Shown piece after piece: positions 1 to 10,348 of a stretch of 64,000 bases of DNA (within the stretch, counting starts at the first letter, position 1; every line of letters begins with the position of its first letter). The notes under the pieces are model-generated. The model was given only the letters and a program-made list of their open reading frames with translations, was not told the origin of the DNA and searched no databases. A program made the position numbers and the translations under genes. The stretch comes from Spirochaetia bacterium (lineage in GTDB: Bacteria; Spirochaetota; Spirochaetia; UBA9216), in NCBI GenBank assembly GCA_963675665.1, contig OY776510.1:928001-992000 (forward strand), read 5' to 3'.

Positions 1-334
1 TTTTACAATTGAAAGATGAGAAATAGCCCTTTTTGATAAAGATGCAATCAATGAGAGGCAGAAACGGTCGGTGTGATTAGAAGTTATCCTTTGCCCATGA
101 AGGTTTAGATGCCTTTTCATTATCTCATTTTCTTTCTTAAGCAATAGTAAAGTGAAAATGACTTTAGGAGCTTTACAGTGAAGTTGAACATACTCTAATT
201 ATCGGAAATATGGAAAAACACCCATTTATTCCATGGATGGAAAATATCTACACCACGCCCTTCGACACAGCACCGGTATTAAAAGATATTGCTGATGAGA
301 TATGGGATAATATTAAACCTGAGCATTCAGCTGA

Positions 335-1111
335 TTAGACTGAAAATCTCCTGTTGAATACCTTAAGAGCCGCATAAAGTCCAGTTACTGCAAATCCCGC
401 GCTGACGGCGAAACACAGCCAGGTAGGAATTGATGGAGCAGCGGCTGAAACGGTGCTTAACGACATCTGCCTAAGACCTGTTACCACATAGGTTGTGGGG
501 TTTCCATATGCGCCGATTCTCATCCACACAGGCAGCGATGCCAGGGGGTATAGCGAGTTGCTCAGAAACAGCAGCGGCAGCTGCAGCAGAAATATCATCA
601 TGTGGTAACCCTCTGAGCTGTCCGTCAGGGTTGCGACTGCCAGAGCGGCGCCGGTGAATCCTATTCCATAGCCGGTTATCAGAAGCAGCCCCCCGAGCCA
701 TCCAACAGGGTTGGCGCTCATCTTCGCTCCCATCAGCAGCCCTACAAAGAGAATAATCAGTGACTGAATGAGTACTTTTGTTACTATGCTCAGGGCATGG
801 CTGGACAGAATGCTCATTCTTGAAATTGGCGCCGCTTCATATTTTTTAACAATGCCGTTCAGGCGTTCACTCAGCCATGTAGATCCGCCTGCTATAGCCG
901 CGCCGACTGCTGTGAGGGCAATAATACCGGGAATCATAAAGGTCATATATTCAGAGCCCGCCCCCGGAACTGATTTACCCATCATTCCTTTCATGCCGAC
1001 ACCGAAAAGAACCACCCACAAAACGGGTTGAATAAGCATCCCGAAAATTTCCTCAGGGTGTTTCAGCGTCTTATGCATGTATTTCCGCCATAAAATAATT
1101 GTTGCATTCAT
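335..1111 (-). CDS. ABC-2 type exporter permease (DrrB-like)
   Basis: Six hydrophobic segments, 'IQPVLWVVLFG', 'ERLNG', 'FLSNSLYP...NPTTY' ABC-2 motifs; directly downstream of ABC ATPase. Confidence 0.9.
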   Translation of the reverse strand: MNATIILWRKYMHKTLKHPEEIFGMLIQPVLWVVLFGVGMKGMMGKSVPGAGSEYMTFMIPGIIALTAVGAAIAGGSTWLSERLNGIVKKYEAAPISRMSILSSHALSIVTKVLIQSLIILFVGLLMGAKMSANPVGWLGGLLLITGYGIGFTGAALAVATLTDSSEGYHMMIFLLQLPLLFLSNSLYPLASLPVWMRIGAYGNPTTYVVTGLRQMSLSTVSAAAPSIPTWLCFAVSAGFAVTGLYAALKVFNRRFSV

Positions 1112-1121
1112 AATTTATTCC

Positions 1122-2072
1122 TTATCTGTCCCGCAGCTGCCGGCCGGTGTGTTTAAGAAAGACATCTTCCAGAGTCGGTTTTGATACTGAGATATCTTCA
1201 ATTTTGTATCCGCATTCGAAAGCTTTTTTTACAACAAGCGCCAGTCTGCGGTTTCCTGAATCTACCCCTATCTGAACGATGTTGCCGGTTGAGTTAAAAC
1301 TCTCAACAAAAGAGAGCTCTTTGATGCTTCGTGAAAGATCCTCTATGTTTCCTGTCCCTGTTATTCTTATCCTGTCGGAGCCCATCTGTTCAATCAGTTC
1401 CGCCGGAGTTCCCTCAGTTATGATCTTTCCGTGGTCCATTATTCCCACTTTGTCGGCAACGGATTCCGCTTCGTCCATGTAATGGGTTGTAAGAAGAACA
1501 GTGATCCCGGTCGCTTTTCGGCGGGCTTTAATGTAGTCCCATATTTTAACCCGGTTCTGCGGATCCAGTCCCTGTGTCGGTTCGTCGAGGATCAGTATTT
1601 CAGGGCCGCTCAGCAGCCCGCGCGCCAGTTCCAGTCGTCTTTTCATTCCCCCGGAATAGGTTTTTGTGCTGCGATCCGCGGCTTCCTCAAGTTCAATGAT
1701 ATTCAGAAGCTCTTCAATCTTTTCCCGGCGCTCAGCTTTTTTCATCCCGTAGAGCTTTGCATGATAATCCAGGTTCTCACGGCCGGTGAAATCCGGATCC
1801 GTGACTATCTCCTGAAAGGTTATTCCTATTTTACGGCGGACAAGACCCGGATCTTTCAAAATATCATAACCGGCGACATTTGCTGTACCTGAACTGGGAC
1901 GCAGCAGGGTAGAGAGCATCGAGATCGTTGTAGTTTTACCTGCTCCGTTAGGCCCAAGCAGGGCAAAGACGGAATCTGCCGGTATTGATAGGCTGATACC
2001 GTCTACCGCCAGTGTTTCCTCTCCGAATCGCCTCGTCAGGTTTTTTAAAACTACTGATGGTTCCCGCTTCAC
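1122..2072 (-). CDS. ABC exporter ATP-binding protein (DrrA-like, C-terminal DUF4162-type 'PTLEDVF')
   Basis: Walker A GPNGAGKT, signature YSGGMKRRL, Walker B ILILDEP, H-loop TTH. The likely start is GTG at 2072, overlapping the TGA of the upstream hydrolase (ORF track starts at 2108). Confidence 0.92.
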   Translation of the reverse strand: MKREPSVVLKNLTRRFGEETLAVDGISLSIPADSVFALLGPNGAGKTTTISMLSTLLRPSSGTANVAGYDILKDPGLVRRKIGITFQEIVTDPDFTGRENLDYHAKLYGMKKAERREKIEELLNIIELEEAADRSTKTYSGGMKRRLELARGLLSGPEILILDEPTQGLDPQNRVKIWDYIKARRKATGITVLLTTHYMDEAESVADKVGIMDHGKIITEGTPAELIEQMGSDRIRITGTGNIEDLSRSIKELSFVESFNSTGNIVQIGVDSGNRRLALVVKKAFECGYKIEDISVSKPTLEDVFLKHTGRQLRDR

Positions 2073-3088
2073 TTTGAAGCTCCAACTGCGGTGACTTTGT
2101 CTATCCACGGCAGAACAATTTCAAGGAACTGCTCCGGTGATTCTTCATGAGGCAGATGACCTGTTTCAGGTATGAAGTGCAGCGTAGAATCAGGCAGCAT
2201 ATCATTCAGCTTCCGGGAATCTTCTGCCGGAACAACCTTGTCTTCTTCACCTGACACAATAAGAGCAGGAATATTTATTTCAGGAATCCGGCTCTCGAAA
2301 TCGAATGAAACCTCTGCCCATGCCTTCAGATACTGCCAGAGCGCGAAATCCCAGTTACGCACTTCCGTCATTATCATGGAGTCTTCCATCCTTTTGTCTG
2401 AGAAAACAGAAGGTTCGGCATAGCAGTTTTTGTAGAATGCTGTGCCTGAACCCATCGAGCGGGCAAACAGCGGACCTGCGTTGTTCATCTGCGGGCTGCC
2501 CACCAGCCAGCCGGGCATTGATTCGCTGACGAATACTGCGGGATCAACAAGTATCAGTCCGGCTACACGGTCTTTAAATTCAACAGCTGTCCGGACAGCC
2601 AGGGTTCCTCCGTAAGAAGAGCCTACAAGATATACCTGTTCAAGCTTCAGGGTATCAAGCAGGGCAATAAGCTGTGTCACGGCCGCCTCCTGCGTGTAGG
2701 GGTTTGCTTTGCTCCAGTCCTCTTCCGTCAGTTTTTCACTCAGGCCGTAGGGCGCCTGATCATAGGCGATGGTGCGTCCTTTAGCGGCAAATGCATCAAA
2801 AACCCTGTCCCAGCTGAAGAGATTGTACATTGAACCATGAAGCAGAATAAAAACAGGTTCGCCGGGATCTGAACTGCCCTTATCCATATAATGGATTTCT
2901 ATTCCGTCTGTACCTTCAAAAGGTACATTGATGAAAAGACTGTCAGATTTTTTGACATCTTCGGCAGCGGCCAGGCCCTCTATCGGATCAGGTGAAATTA
3001 ATAGAGGAATTATTGCTGCAGCTGCAACAATAAAAACAAAAATACCTGCTATGGTTAGCAATATTCTCTTAATAAGCTTCTTTTTCAT
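2069..3088 (-). CDS. N-terminally anchored alpha/beta hydrolase
   Basis: N-terminal TM, LLHG oxyanion motif, GSSYGG nucleophile elbow, GEEDKVV acid, GHLPHEE His. Confidence 0.9.
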   Translation of the reverse strand: MKKKLIKRILLTIAGIFVFIVAAAAIIPLLISPDPIEGLAAAEDVKKSDSLFINVPFEGTDGIEIHYMDKGSSDPGEPVFILLHGSMYNLFSWDRVFDAFAAKGRTIAYDQAPYGLSEKLTEEDWSKANPYTQEAAVTQLIALLDTLKLEQVYLVGSSYGGTLAVRTAVEFKDRVAGLILVDPAVFVSESMPGWLVGSPQMNNAGPLFARSMGSGTAFYKNCYAEPSVFSDKRMEDSMIMTEVRNWDFALWQYLKAWAEVSFDFESRIPEINIPALIVSGEEDKVVPAEDSRKLNDMLPDSTLHFIPETGHLPHEESPEQFLEIVLPWIDKVTAVGASK

Positions 3089-3196
3089 ACCAATAATACT
3101 CCTATAACTGCTTTATAGCATCAAATGTAATATTAAATAATGCTTTTGTCAACTTAATAGCTTGTAAATTATGCTAAATAGCACTATTATTGTTTT

Positions 3197-3790
3197 ATGA
3201 GTGATCAAGCGCTTCAAATAGCAAAAGAACTGCTGACTTATCTGGAGAGTTTCCTGAAGCAGAAAGAAAATCAAAACGCTGAGGCAGAAAACCAGATTTA
3301 TGAATTCTGTCGGTGGATGGTAAATTCCTCTGAAAAGAAAGAAACAGGTGAAGAGCATGCCGGAACTGATATGACGGACATACTTATAGGCATGTATCTG
3401 GCAAACCTGGCGAATCTTCTGAAAAAAGAGCAGAATCGTTTTGTTTCAGAGACACCTTTCTCGTCCTTCATGGATTTTCAATTTCTTTTTCTTCTGAATG
3501 AGCACAGTGAAATGACAAAGTCGCAGCTTATTGCTGCAAACAATATGGAGATGTCATCAGGTATTGAAGTAATTAATCGTTTGAAGCGTTCCGGATGGAT
3601 ACATGAGAAGCAGAATCCTGACGATCGCCGTTCCAAACTGATCTATGTGACTGAGCAAGGAAAAGCAATTCTTGCCCAATACAGGGACAGCGGAATGGAA
3701 ATCTATAAATCCTACTCGGCAGATCTTGGTGAAGCTGAAAGATCAAATGTTTTGAACTCTCTTGAGCTTATAAGCAAACTAAACAGCTGA
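3197..3790 (+). CDS. MarR family transcriptional regulator
   Basis: wHTH 'INRLKRSGWI...NPDDRRSKLIYVTEQG'; divergent from hydrolase/ABC operon. Confidence 0.88.
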   Translation: MSDQALQIAKELLTYLESFLKQKENQNAEAENQIYEFCRWMVNSSEKKETGEEHAGTDMTDILIGMYLANLANLLKKEQNRFVSETPFSSFMDFQFLFLLNEHSEMTKSQLIAANNMEMSSGIEVINRLKRSGWIHEKQNPDDRRSKLIYVTEQGKAILAQYRDSGMEIYKSYSADLGEAERSNVLNSLELISKLNS

Positions 3791-3844
3791 TAGATATCCT
3801 ATATTTTAAATAAGGAGTATTTACGCGATCTCCTGGAAACCCGT

Positions 3845-4217
3845 TCCGTAGTTTAATACTATCGGAGCAAATCTCATACACTGCTTCTATAATAATGATG
3901 GTGTAAACCTCCAGGGATTTGTTCCTTTTTGATGATTGTCAGGTGTCTGATTGCTCGTTTTGATATAGCAGATATGATTGTGAATAGGAACCGGTCGCTG
4001 CGTTTCATTAAATCCTGAATTTGCTTCTGGTTGAATTGTCGTTTATAAATCTGGTTTTCTTTTTTAAGAATAATCAGAGTTAAAATTAAATCTTTCCGGT
4101 TGGAGAATAATCTTTTTATCAGGGAATTGAGTAGCTGGAGAATGAAGGTGAACATATCTGATTATAACAGATTTTAATGTAGAAGATTTTCCACATTAGT
4201 CAAAAAGCTATAGCACG
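3845..4217 (-). pseudogene. Internally deleted rve-type (integrase-core DDE) transposase remnant, copy 1, with its upstream end region
   Basis: ORF 3874-4155 fuses a transposase-like N-terminus (RKDLILTLIILKKENQIYKRQ...SDRFL...HLTIIK) directly to the family-type C-terminus GGLHHHYYR; homologous to fragments at ~11550-11700 and ~20500-20810. Confidence 0.7.
4175..4198. repeat. 24-bp imperfect palindrome TAATGTRGAAAA/TTTTCYACATTA, copy 1
   Basis: taatgtagaagattttccacatta; related copies at 11673, 11996, 20769, 62064. Confidence 0.8.
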
Positions 4218-4307
4218 CGTCTTTTACTTTGTTGTTGCTGATGTAATTATTTTAAGATTGCTTTTTATACATATAAATAATACTATATGTATTAGGAGTG
4301 CCTAACC

Positions 4308-7300
4308 ATGAAAAAACAAGGGGTATTAGGAAAACTTACGGAATTAAGTATCAACAAATACAGGCTTATCTATCTTCTTATAGTAATCAGCATAATAATT
4401 GGGGTCTACAGCTATAACAGTCTGCCGAGAGAGTCCAAACCGGAAATAGTATTTCCGACAGTTAAGGTTTCTGTAAACTATTCGGGAGCAAGTCCGAAGG
4501 ATGTGGAGCAGCTTGTGACGAACAAGCTTGAATCTGTGCTTCTGAATCTTCCGGATCTCGAGTTTATTACATCGTCTTCTCTCGCGGGAAGAAGTGAAAT
4601 TCAGCTGGATTTTTATCCGGAAAGCAATCTTGAGGACAATTACGACAATGTTTCGCAGGCTGTAAATTCAATTCTTAAGGATTTACCCGTTGAGGCGGAG
4701 TTACCGTCTGTCCGGGTATCCACAACCGCCAACCGGGCTTTTCTTGTGTTAAGCCTCAGTGGAGATGTAGGGGCTGAAAGCCTGAGAGATGCCGCGCTGC
4801 TGCTTGAACGCCGGCTTCTTGCTCTGGACGGAGTAAAGGAAATACGGCTGTCGGGACTGTATAACGAGAGAATCAACATCAGTTATTCACCGGCTAAGCT
4901 TGCAGAGTACGGTTTAAGTTCAGATGATATTCTGCAGGCTGTAAGGCTGAATCATAAGGATACACCCGCGGGAGATGCTGTATTTGACGGCATGCAGTAC
5001 TATGTAAGGGTTCTGGGCGCTTTTAATACCGCAGATGAAATTAGCCGCATGCAGATTCAGCTACCCGACGGCGGGACGCGCTTTCTAAAAGATCTGGCTA
5101 CAGTTGAAGTAAGTCCAGTCTCATCGGGAACAGTTTCAAGAATGGCTGTCGGCCTGGGTACGCCCGGGGTTAAGATGCTTCCATCTGTTACGCTTTCACT
5201 TTATAGGGACGGAGGCTCGGACATTGTAGTCCCCAGCATGGATTCAAAGACGGTTATAAATGAGCTGACATCTTCCGGAAGTTTTAACGGAATAGATGTT
5301 CAGATTATTCAGGATGATGCGGAGATCGTTAAACGGGATCTCTCGGATGTTCTGGAGAACGCGCTCTCCGGTCTTCTGATAGTAGTCATTGTTCTCTATC
5401 TATTTCTGGGGCTGAGGGAAGCTTTGATTACCAGTCTCATAATACCCTTCTCTATGTTCATCAGTTTTATAGCGATGGATTTAACCGGAATGACCTTCAA
5501 CACAATGACGCTGCTTGCCATGATCATCGCGCTTGGTCTGCTTGTTGATAACGGTATTGTTATTGTTGAAAGTATTGTAGAGAAAAGGAGTCAGGGCCTA
5601 AAACCGGTGCAGGCGGTAAAAGCCGCTTCAATTGAGGTCGCCCCGTCTATCTTCGCGGCAACCCTGACAACAATGGCAGCATTTATTCCCCTGGCTATGA
5701 TGGAGGGGAGAATCGGAATGATCATCAGTGTTATTCCGCTGACCGTAATTTTTATAATCGGAAGTTCTTTATTTATTGCGCTGACAATTACCCCGGCCTT
5801 AAGTGCCCGATGGCTGAAAAACAAAAAAACTGTCTCTGAAGGTGAAGCAGAAAAGGCCTTCTCCTGGAAAAAGGAAATCTTTACAGATCTTCTGGTTTCC
5901 GTGCTTTTCAGTCTTGCGTTTATGACAGACCGCAGACCAGGCCTGCTGTCATTAATTACCGGTCTTCTGATGCTGGCATTTATGATATTTAAGACTTATT
6001 TTAAATATAAAAAAATTAATGCATTTAACAATATAGCTCTGCTGTATAAAAGGCTGCTTGATACTCTTTTATCAAAAAGACTGTGGAGAACACTGCTTCC
6101 GGGCGTAATGTTTGTAATGCTTGTTTTTGTCTTCTGGGGAATAGGCTCGGGATTAATTAAAATTGAGTTATTCCCGATAAAGGATGAAACTGCTCTGTAC
6201 GCAGTCATAACTGCACCGGAATACAGCACACTTGAAAACACCGACAGGCTTACACGTTTGGCTGAACAGAAGCTGCTGAATATCGATGGAGTTTCCAATA
6301 TGTACAGCGAAGTAGGCCTCACTTCAAGCCGTGATGCACAGATTGTGATGAACCTTCTTCCTCCAGGGGAACGGACATGGACTACCCAGAAGAAAATCCC
6401 GGAACTGATGAATTTATTGTCATCAATTCCCGGTGCGAAGATTACAGTCGGAACCCAGGCCGGAGGAAAGACGGCTAACAGCCCTGTACAGATCAAGGTT
6501 GCAGGTGAGGATTTTGACAATCTGAAGGCTGCTTCCGAAATGATTGCAGCAGAGCTTTCCGCCGTCAACGGAGTGCGGGGTGTAATCACAGACTGGGAAA
6601 GAGGCTTTCCAGAGATACAGATTATGCCGGCGGGGATTTATGCAGCCGAGACCGGGGCTGACGCAACACTTATAGGAACCCAGGTGAAATCATTTCTCAG
6701 CGGCCAGAGCGCAGGCACTATAATTACCAGGGGCGGAGATCAGGAGATTGTACTATCGGTTGATCCCAAACTTCTTGATTCTGTTGATGATTTGAATAAA
6801 ATTCTTATTCCGTTTAAAAACGGAGATTTTCTCCCTATTACCTCGGTCGCGGACATCGTTGTTTCTCAGGGTTACGGGACAATCCGCCACAGTCAGGGCG
6901 CACGGACCGTAACTGTAATGGCGCAGATGCTGCCTGACGCAAATATCATGGAGATTGTACAGGAATTTGAGACGATTCGCGGTGAGGGCTCCGGTTTACC
7001 GGAAGGAACTTCATTTACCTGGGCCGGAGATGCAGCTGATCTGGACTCATCATTCGGAAGTATGATAATTAACTTTGTTATCGCCCTGATAGTAGTATTT
7101 CTGATTCTTGCAATACAGTTTAATTCTTTCAGCCAGTCTATGGTTATTCTTCTGTCGGTGCCTATGTCGATAATAGGTGTGTTTGCCGGACTTTCCTTAA
7201 CAGGGAACAATTTCGGGCTTTATGCTTTTATGGGTGTAATTGCCCTGGTAGGAATAGTTGTAAACGATGCAATTGTTCTTGTTGATACCGTAAACAGACT

Positions 7301-7592
7301 CAGACAAAACGGAGAAAAAATAACCGATGCTCTTGCCGAGGCCGGTAAATCCAGGTTTGCTCCGGTTCTCGCCACCAGTCTTACTACAATCGGCGGAATG
7401 CTTCCGCTTGCCTTTAAAGACCAGAATTTTGCTCAGCTCAGTATATCGCTGATATCTGGCCTGATAGCCTCAACAGTGCTGACTCTTTTAATCCTGCCGC
7501 TGACTTTTTTCACTGTTGACAGAATCAAATCAAAAATCCAGCAGATAGTTCCAGTATTTGTTGATGAATCGGAGGAAGAAAATAATGAATAA
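4308..7592 (+). CDS. RND efflux permease, AcrB/AcrD/AcrF family
   Basis: 1094 aa; 'GASPKDVEQLVT', TM4 GLLVDNGIVIVE, TM10 GIVVNDAIVLVD, 'RFAPVLATSLTT'. Confidence 0.95.
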   Translation: MKKQGVLGKLTELSINKYRLIYLLIVISIIIGVYSYNSLPRESKPEIVFPTVKVSVNYSGASPKDVEQLVTNKLESVLLNLPDLEFITSSSLAGRSEIQLDFYPESNLEDNYDNVSQAVNSILKDLPVEAELPSVRVSTTANRAFLVLSLSGDVGAESLRDAALLLERRLLALDGVKEIRLSGLYNERINISYSPAKLAEYGLSSDDILQAVRLNHKDTPAGDAVFDGMQYYVRVLGAFNTADEISRMQIQLPDGGTRFLKDLATVEVSPVSSGTVSRMAVGLGTPGVKMLPSVTLSLYRDGGSDIVVPSMDSKTVINELTSSGSFNGIDVQIIQDDAEIVKRDLSDVLENALSGLLIVVIVLYLFLGLREALITSLIIPFSMFISFIAMDLTGMTFNTMTLLAMIIALGLLVDNGIVIVESIVEKRSQGLKPVQAVKAASIEVAPSIFAATLTTMAAFIPLAMMEGRIGMIISVIPLTVIFIIGSSLFIALTITPALSARWLKNKKTVSEGEAEKAFSWKKEIFTDLLVSVLFSLAFMTDRRPGLLSLITGLLMLAFMIFKTYFKYKKINAFNNIALLYKRLLDTLLSKRLWRTLLPGVMFVMLVFVFWGIGSGLIKIELFPIKDETALYAVITAPEYSTLENTDRLTRLAEQKLLNIDGVSNMYSEVGLTSSRDAQIVMNLLPPGERTWTTQKKIPELMNLLSSIPGAKITVGTQAGGKTANSPVQIKVAGEDFDNLKAASEMIAAELSAVNGVRGVITDWERGFPEIQIMPAGIYAAETGADATLIGTQVKSFLSGQSAGTIITRGGDQEIVLSVDPKLLDSVDDLNKILIPFKNGDFLPITSVADIVVSQGYGTIRHSQGARTVTVMAQMLPDANIMEIVQEFETIRGEGSGLPEGTSFTWAGDAADLDSSFGSMIINFVIALIVVFLILAIQFNSFSQSMVILLSVPMSIIGVFAGLSLTGNNFGLYAFMGVIALVGIVVNDAIVLVDTVNRLRQNGEKITDALAEAGKSRFAPVLATSLTTIGGMLPLAFKDQNFAQLSISLISGLIASTVLTLLILPLTFFTVDRIKSKIQQIVPVFVDESEEENNE

Positions 7593-8958
7593 AAAAATAA
7601 TAAAATTATTGGCAATTATGCTGATACTAGCAGGTGTTCTGGCGGCGGCAGGCTGCAATGAGGCTGAAACTTCAAATTCGGCAGAACCGCAGTCAAAGGA
7701 TACGGCAGCGGTTGAGACAGGTTCAACAAAGACTGTGGAAGCGGATTTGTCTGTGCCTCCTCCGGGAAGTCAGGCAACCCAGGAAAAGTGGGATACGTTT
7801 ACAGAGGAAAAGAAGCAGGAGTCCTGGGACAAATATATTGAGTCTCTTGCGGCAGAAACCGGAACCGATGCCGGGACTGCAGCTGAAAATACGCAAACGA
7901 GTACCGTAAAGACTGTTACCACAGAAAAAGCAGTCTCTGTTGTAACTGCCCTGTTAAAGGACAGTCCAATGGAAGTCTACTATTACGGTATTGGTGAAGT
8001 TGAGGCCGGAAAAACCCTGAAAGTGTTTCCGGCTGTTTCAAGTACTGCCGCAACTGTTTATGTAGCCGAGGGGGATTATGTTGAGGCGGGAGACCTGCTG
8101 TTTGCCCTGGACAGCCGTGAATGGGTTAAAGACCTGGAGCGTGCCGAAGAGAAGTGGAATGCAGAACTTGAGCTTGCTCAAATTAGACTGAATGAAGCCA
8201 CTCAGGATTTTGAAAGGACAAAAACATTTTTTGACAGGGACCTGGTTACAAGGCAGGAACTGGAGAAGGTTGAGCAGACGGTTTCAGAAGCCCAGGTCAA
8301 TCTGGAGAAAATACAGATTTCCCGAAAAACAGAGCTTGAAGGTCTGCAGGAAAACTATAAATCACGACTTGGGGTAAGCCCCGGCCGCGGTTATGTTTCT
8401 GCTGTAAGTTTCAGTGAGGGAGAGGCTATTAATTCGGCAGATTTTGTTGAGATAGTTAACCTGGAAGATGTACAGCTGATAATTGAGGTTCCCGAGAACA
8501 TCATACCAAGAATAACCCGCGGTTCGGCGGTCCTGGCAAAAACGCCATCTTCAGCAAGATATGGAATGGAAGGAGCTGTTACCGGATACAGTATAATCCC
8601 TGAAAACAACAGAACATATAAGGTGACAGCCTCTTTGGTAAACAGGAACCAGAGGCTTTTTCCGGGAATGCTTATGGAAGCTCAGATCCGGATCTCACAG
8701 CTGCAGCCGAAGTTTATTGTTCCCCGTGTATCTGTAATCACCGAAGGAAATGATTCTTTTATATTTATTATTGAAGATAATGTCAGCGTAAAGGTTCCCG
8801 TTGAACAGGGTACCGGCAGACAGGGGTATATTCAGGTTGAAGGTGATTTATATACAGACGCCCTTCTTGTTATTGAAGGTCAGAGTTACCTTAAACAGGG
8901 AACTCCTGTAAATATTGTGGATACTCAGACATACCTTCCTGACAGAACCGAATTGTAG
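7585..8958 (+). CDS. RND membrane fusion protein (lipoprotein)
   Basis: Lipobox LAAAGC, lipoyl halves 'VAEGDYVEAGDLL', alpha-hairpin, 'LFPGM'; ATG 7585 follows GGAGG. Confidence 0.9.
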   Translation: MNKKIIKLLAIMLILAGVLAAAGCNEAETSNSAEPQSKDTAAVETGSTKTVEADLSVPPPGSQATQEKWDTFTEEKKQESWDKYIESLAAETGTDAGTAAENTQTSTVKTVTTEKAVSVVTALLKDSPMEVYYYGIGEVEAGKTLKVFPAVSSTAATVYVAEGDYVEAGDLLFALDSREWVKDLERAEEKWNAELELAQIRLNEATQDFERTKTFFDRDLVTRQELEKVEQTVSEAQVNLEKIQISRKTELEGLQENYKSRLGVSPGRGYVSAVSFSEGEAINSADFVEIVNLEDVQLIIEVPENIIPRITRGSAVLAKTPSSARYGMEGAVTGYSIIPENNRTYKVTASLVNRNQRLFPGMLMEAQIRISQLQPKFIVPRVSVITEGNDSFIFIIEDNVSVKVPVEQGTGRQGYIQVEGDLYTDALLVIEGQSYLKQGTPVNIVDTQTYLPDRTEL

Positions 8959-8967
8959 GAGTCGACC

Positions 8968-10347
8968 ATGGTTGCTAAATTAAAATTGTTATTATTTATT
9001 CCGGTTATGCTCATCTGGATAAATCCGCTGTATTCTCAGGACAGTGCGGAATCAGAAAATACTGAACATCTGAAATTTACAGATATCATAAATGATACGA
9101 GGATTTCGGCAGATTACCGTCTTGCCGCGGAAGAATATGAAAAAAACATACTGGAAATGGAATTATACAGGCACCCCGGAGACTTCGGAATTAATCTGAC
9201 CCCCGGCCTGAAACTCCAATGGACTGATTTTGAAACTCCGGCTCAGACGGATTTGAATCTGAATGCAGGTGTTTCCTGGTTTACCGGTAGAAATCCTGTT
9301 TCCGAAGAAAAATATCAGGCTTCAGTAAGGGCTGTTGAGGCGGCAAGGCTTGGAATGGATACGGCACTGAATGACACTGTAGTACTTTTTTATAAACTGT
9401 ATTCAGGTTTATGGCTTCAGCAGCAGGAGAGGCAGATTTTAGAGCAGGAGAAATCCCTTGCTGAAGAGCGCTATTCAGGCGCGTACCAGATGTACCTCGA
9501 AGGCAGTATTTCAACCAGTGAGCTTGAGGATGCTGATGAGGATCTGCGTCTTGCGGAAGAGTCCCTGCAGGAAAATGTGCTTGATCAGCGGATTACATGG
9601 TTTACTCTGCAGCAATACAGGGGTAAGCCGATTACCGATCAGAACATGATAATCCCTGTACTGGAGAAATTCCAGTTTGAAACCCCGGAAACGGAAAAAC
9701 CTTCACTGCTCAGCGATATTACGGTGTCTGTTAATTATGATATTCTTAAACTTCAGAATGCGCTGATATCATTGCAGGAAACCTCCGCCCGCCTGAAAAA
9801 GATTAATACGGGACTGAGTTTTAAACCTTACTTTGGATATGATGACTACCTTGCTACGTTTAACTATGCAGTAGACAACAGCACTATGAGTCTGAATACG
9901 GCAATACCGATTCTCAGTTTAAACAGCTCCAGTCCCCAGGATTCTCAGAAGAAGTGGAATGCCGGAATAACTGTAGTTTTTGATATTGATTCAGGAAAAT
10001 CGGATACTTTGGAATTGAAAGTACTCGATAAGGAAATAATCCAGCAGAAAATACTGTTAAAAAAACAGATAGATAAATCAGACCTTGAATTAAGAACCTT
10101 TTATCAGCAGCTGCTCCAGGCCAGACAGGCTCTTGAGTTATCGGAAAATGCGTATCAGAGACAGCTTAAACTCAAAAATGCCGTATCCGTGCGTGTTGAT
10201 TCCGGAACAGCTCTCAGAATAGATCTTCTTGCCGCGGAAACAGCCCTACAGAGAAGCCTATGGAAAGTCAGCAGTGCAGGGATTGCTGTGCAGCAGGCTT
10301 ACCTGAACTATAAACTTCTTGAAGGAGATATGAGCGGAATCTGGTGA
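8968..10347 (+). CDS. TolC-family outer membrane channel
   Basis: Signal peptide, two TolC-type helical repeats ('YLEGSISTSEL', 'VDSGTALRIDL'), third gene of RND operon. Confidence 0.75.
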   Translation: MVAKLKLLLFIPVMLIWINPLYSQDSAESENTEHLKFTDIINDTRISADYRLAAEEYEKNILEMELYRHPGDFGINLTPGLKLQWTDFETPAQTDLNLNAGVSWFTGRNPVSEEKYQASVRAVEAARLGMDTALNDTVVLFYKLYSGLWLQQQERQILEQEKSLAEERYSGAYQMYLEGSISTSELEDADEDLRLAEESLQENVLDQRITWFTLQQYRGKPITDQNMIIPVLEKFQFETPETEKPSLLSDITVSVNYDILKLQNALISLQETSARLKKINTGLSFKPYFGYDDYLATFNYAVDNSTMSLNTAIPILSLNSSSPQDSQKKWNAGITVVFDIDSGKSDTLELKVLDKEIIQQKILLKKQIDKSDLELRTFYQQLLQARQALELSENAYQRQLKLKNAVSVRVDSGTALRIDLLAAETALQRSLWKVSSAGIAVQQAYLNYKLLEGDMSGIW

Positions 10348-10348
10348 T

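Noticed and set aside
179-337. Short open frame EVEHTLIIGNMEKHPFIPWMENIY... and a near-match to the palindrome at ~234-255
   Set aside because: No recognisable family; the palindrome match is one base short and lacks the flanking similarity.
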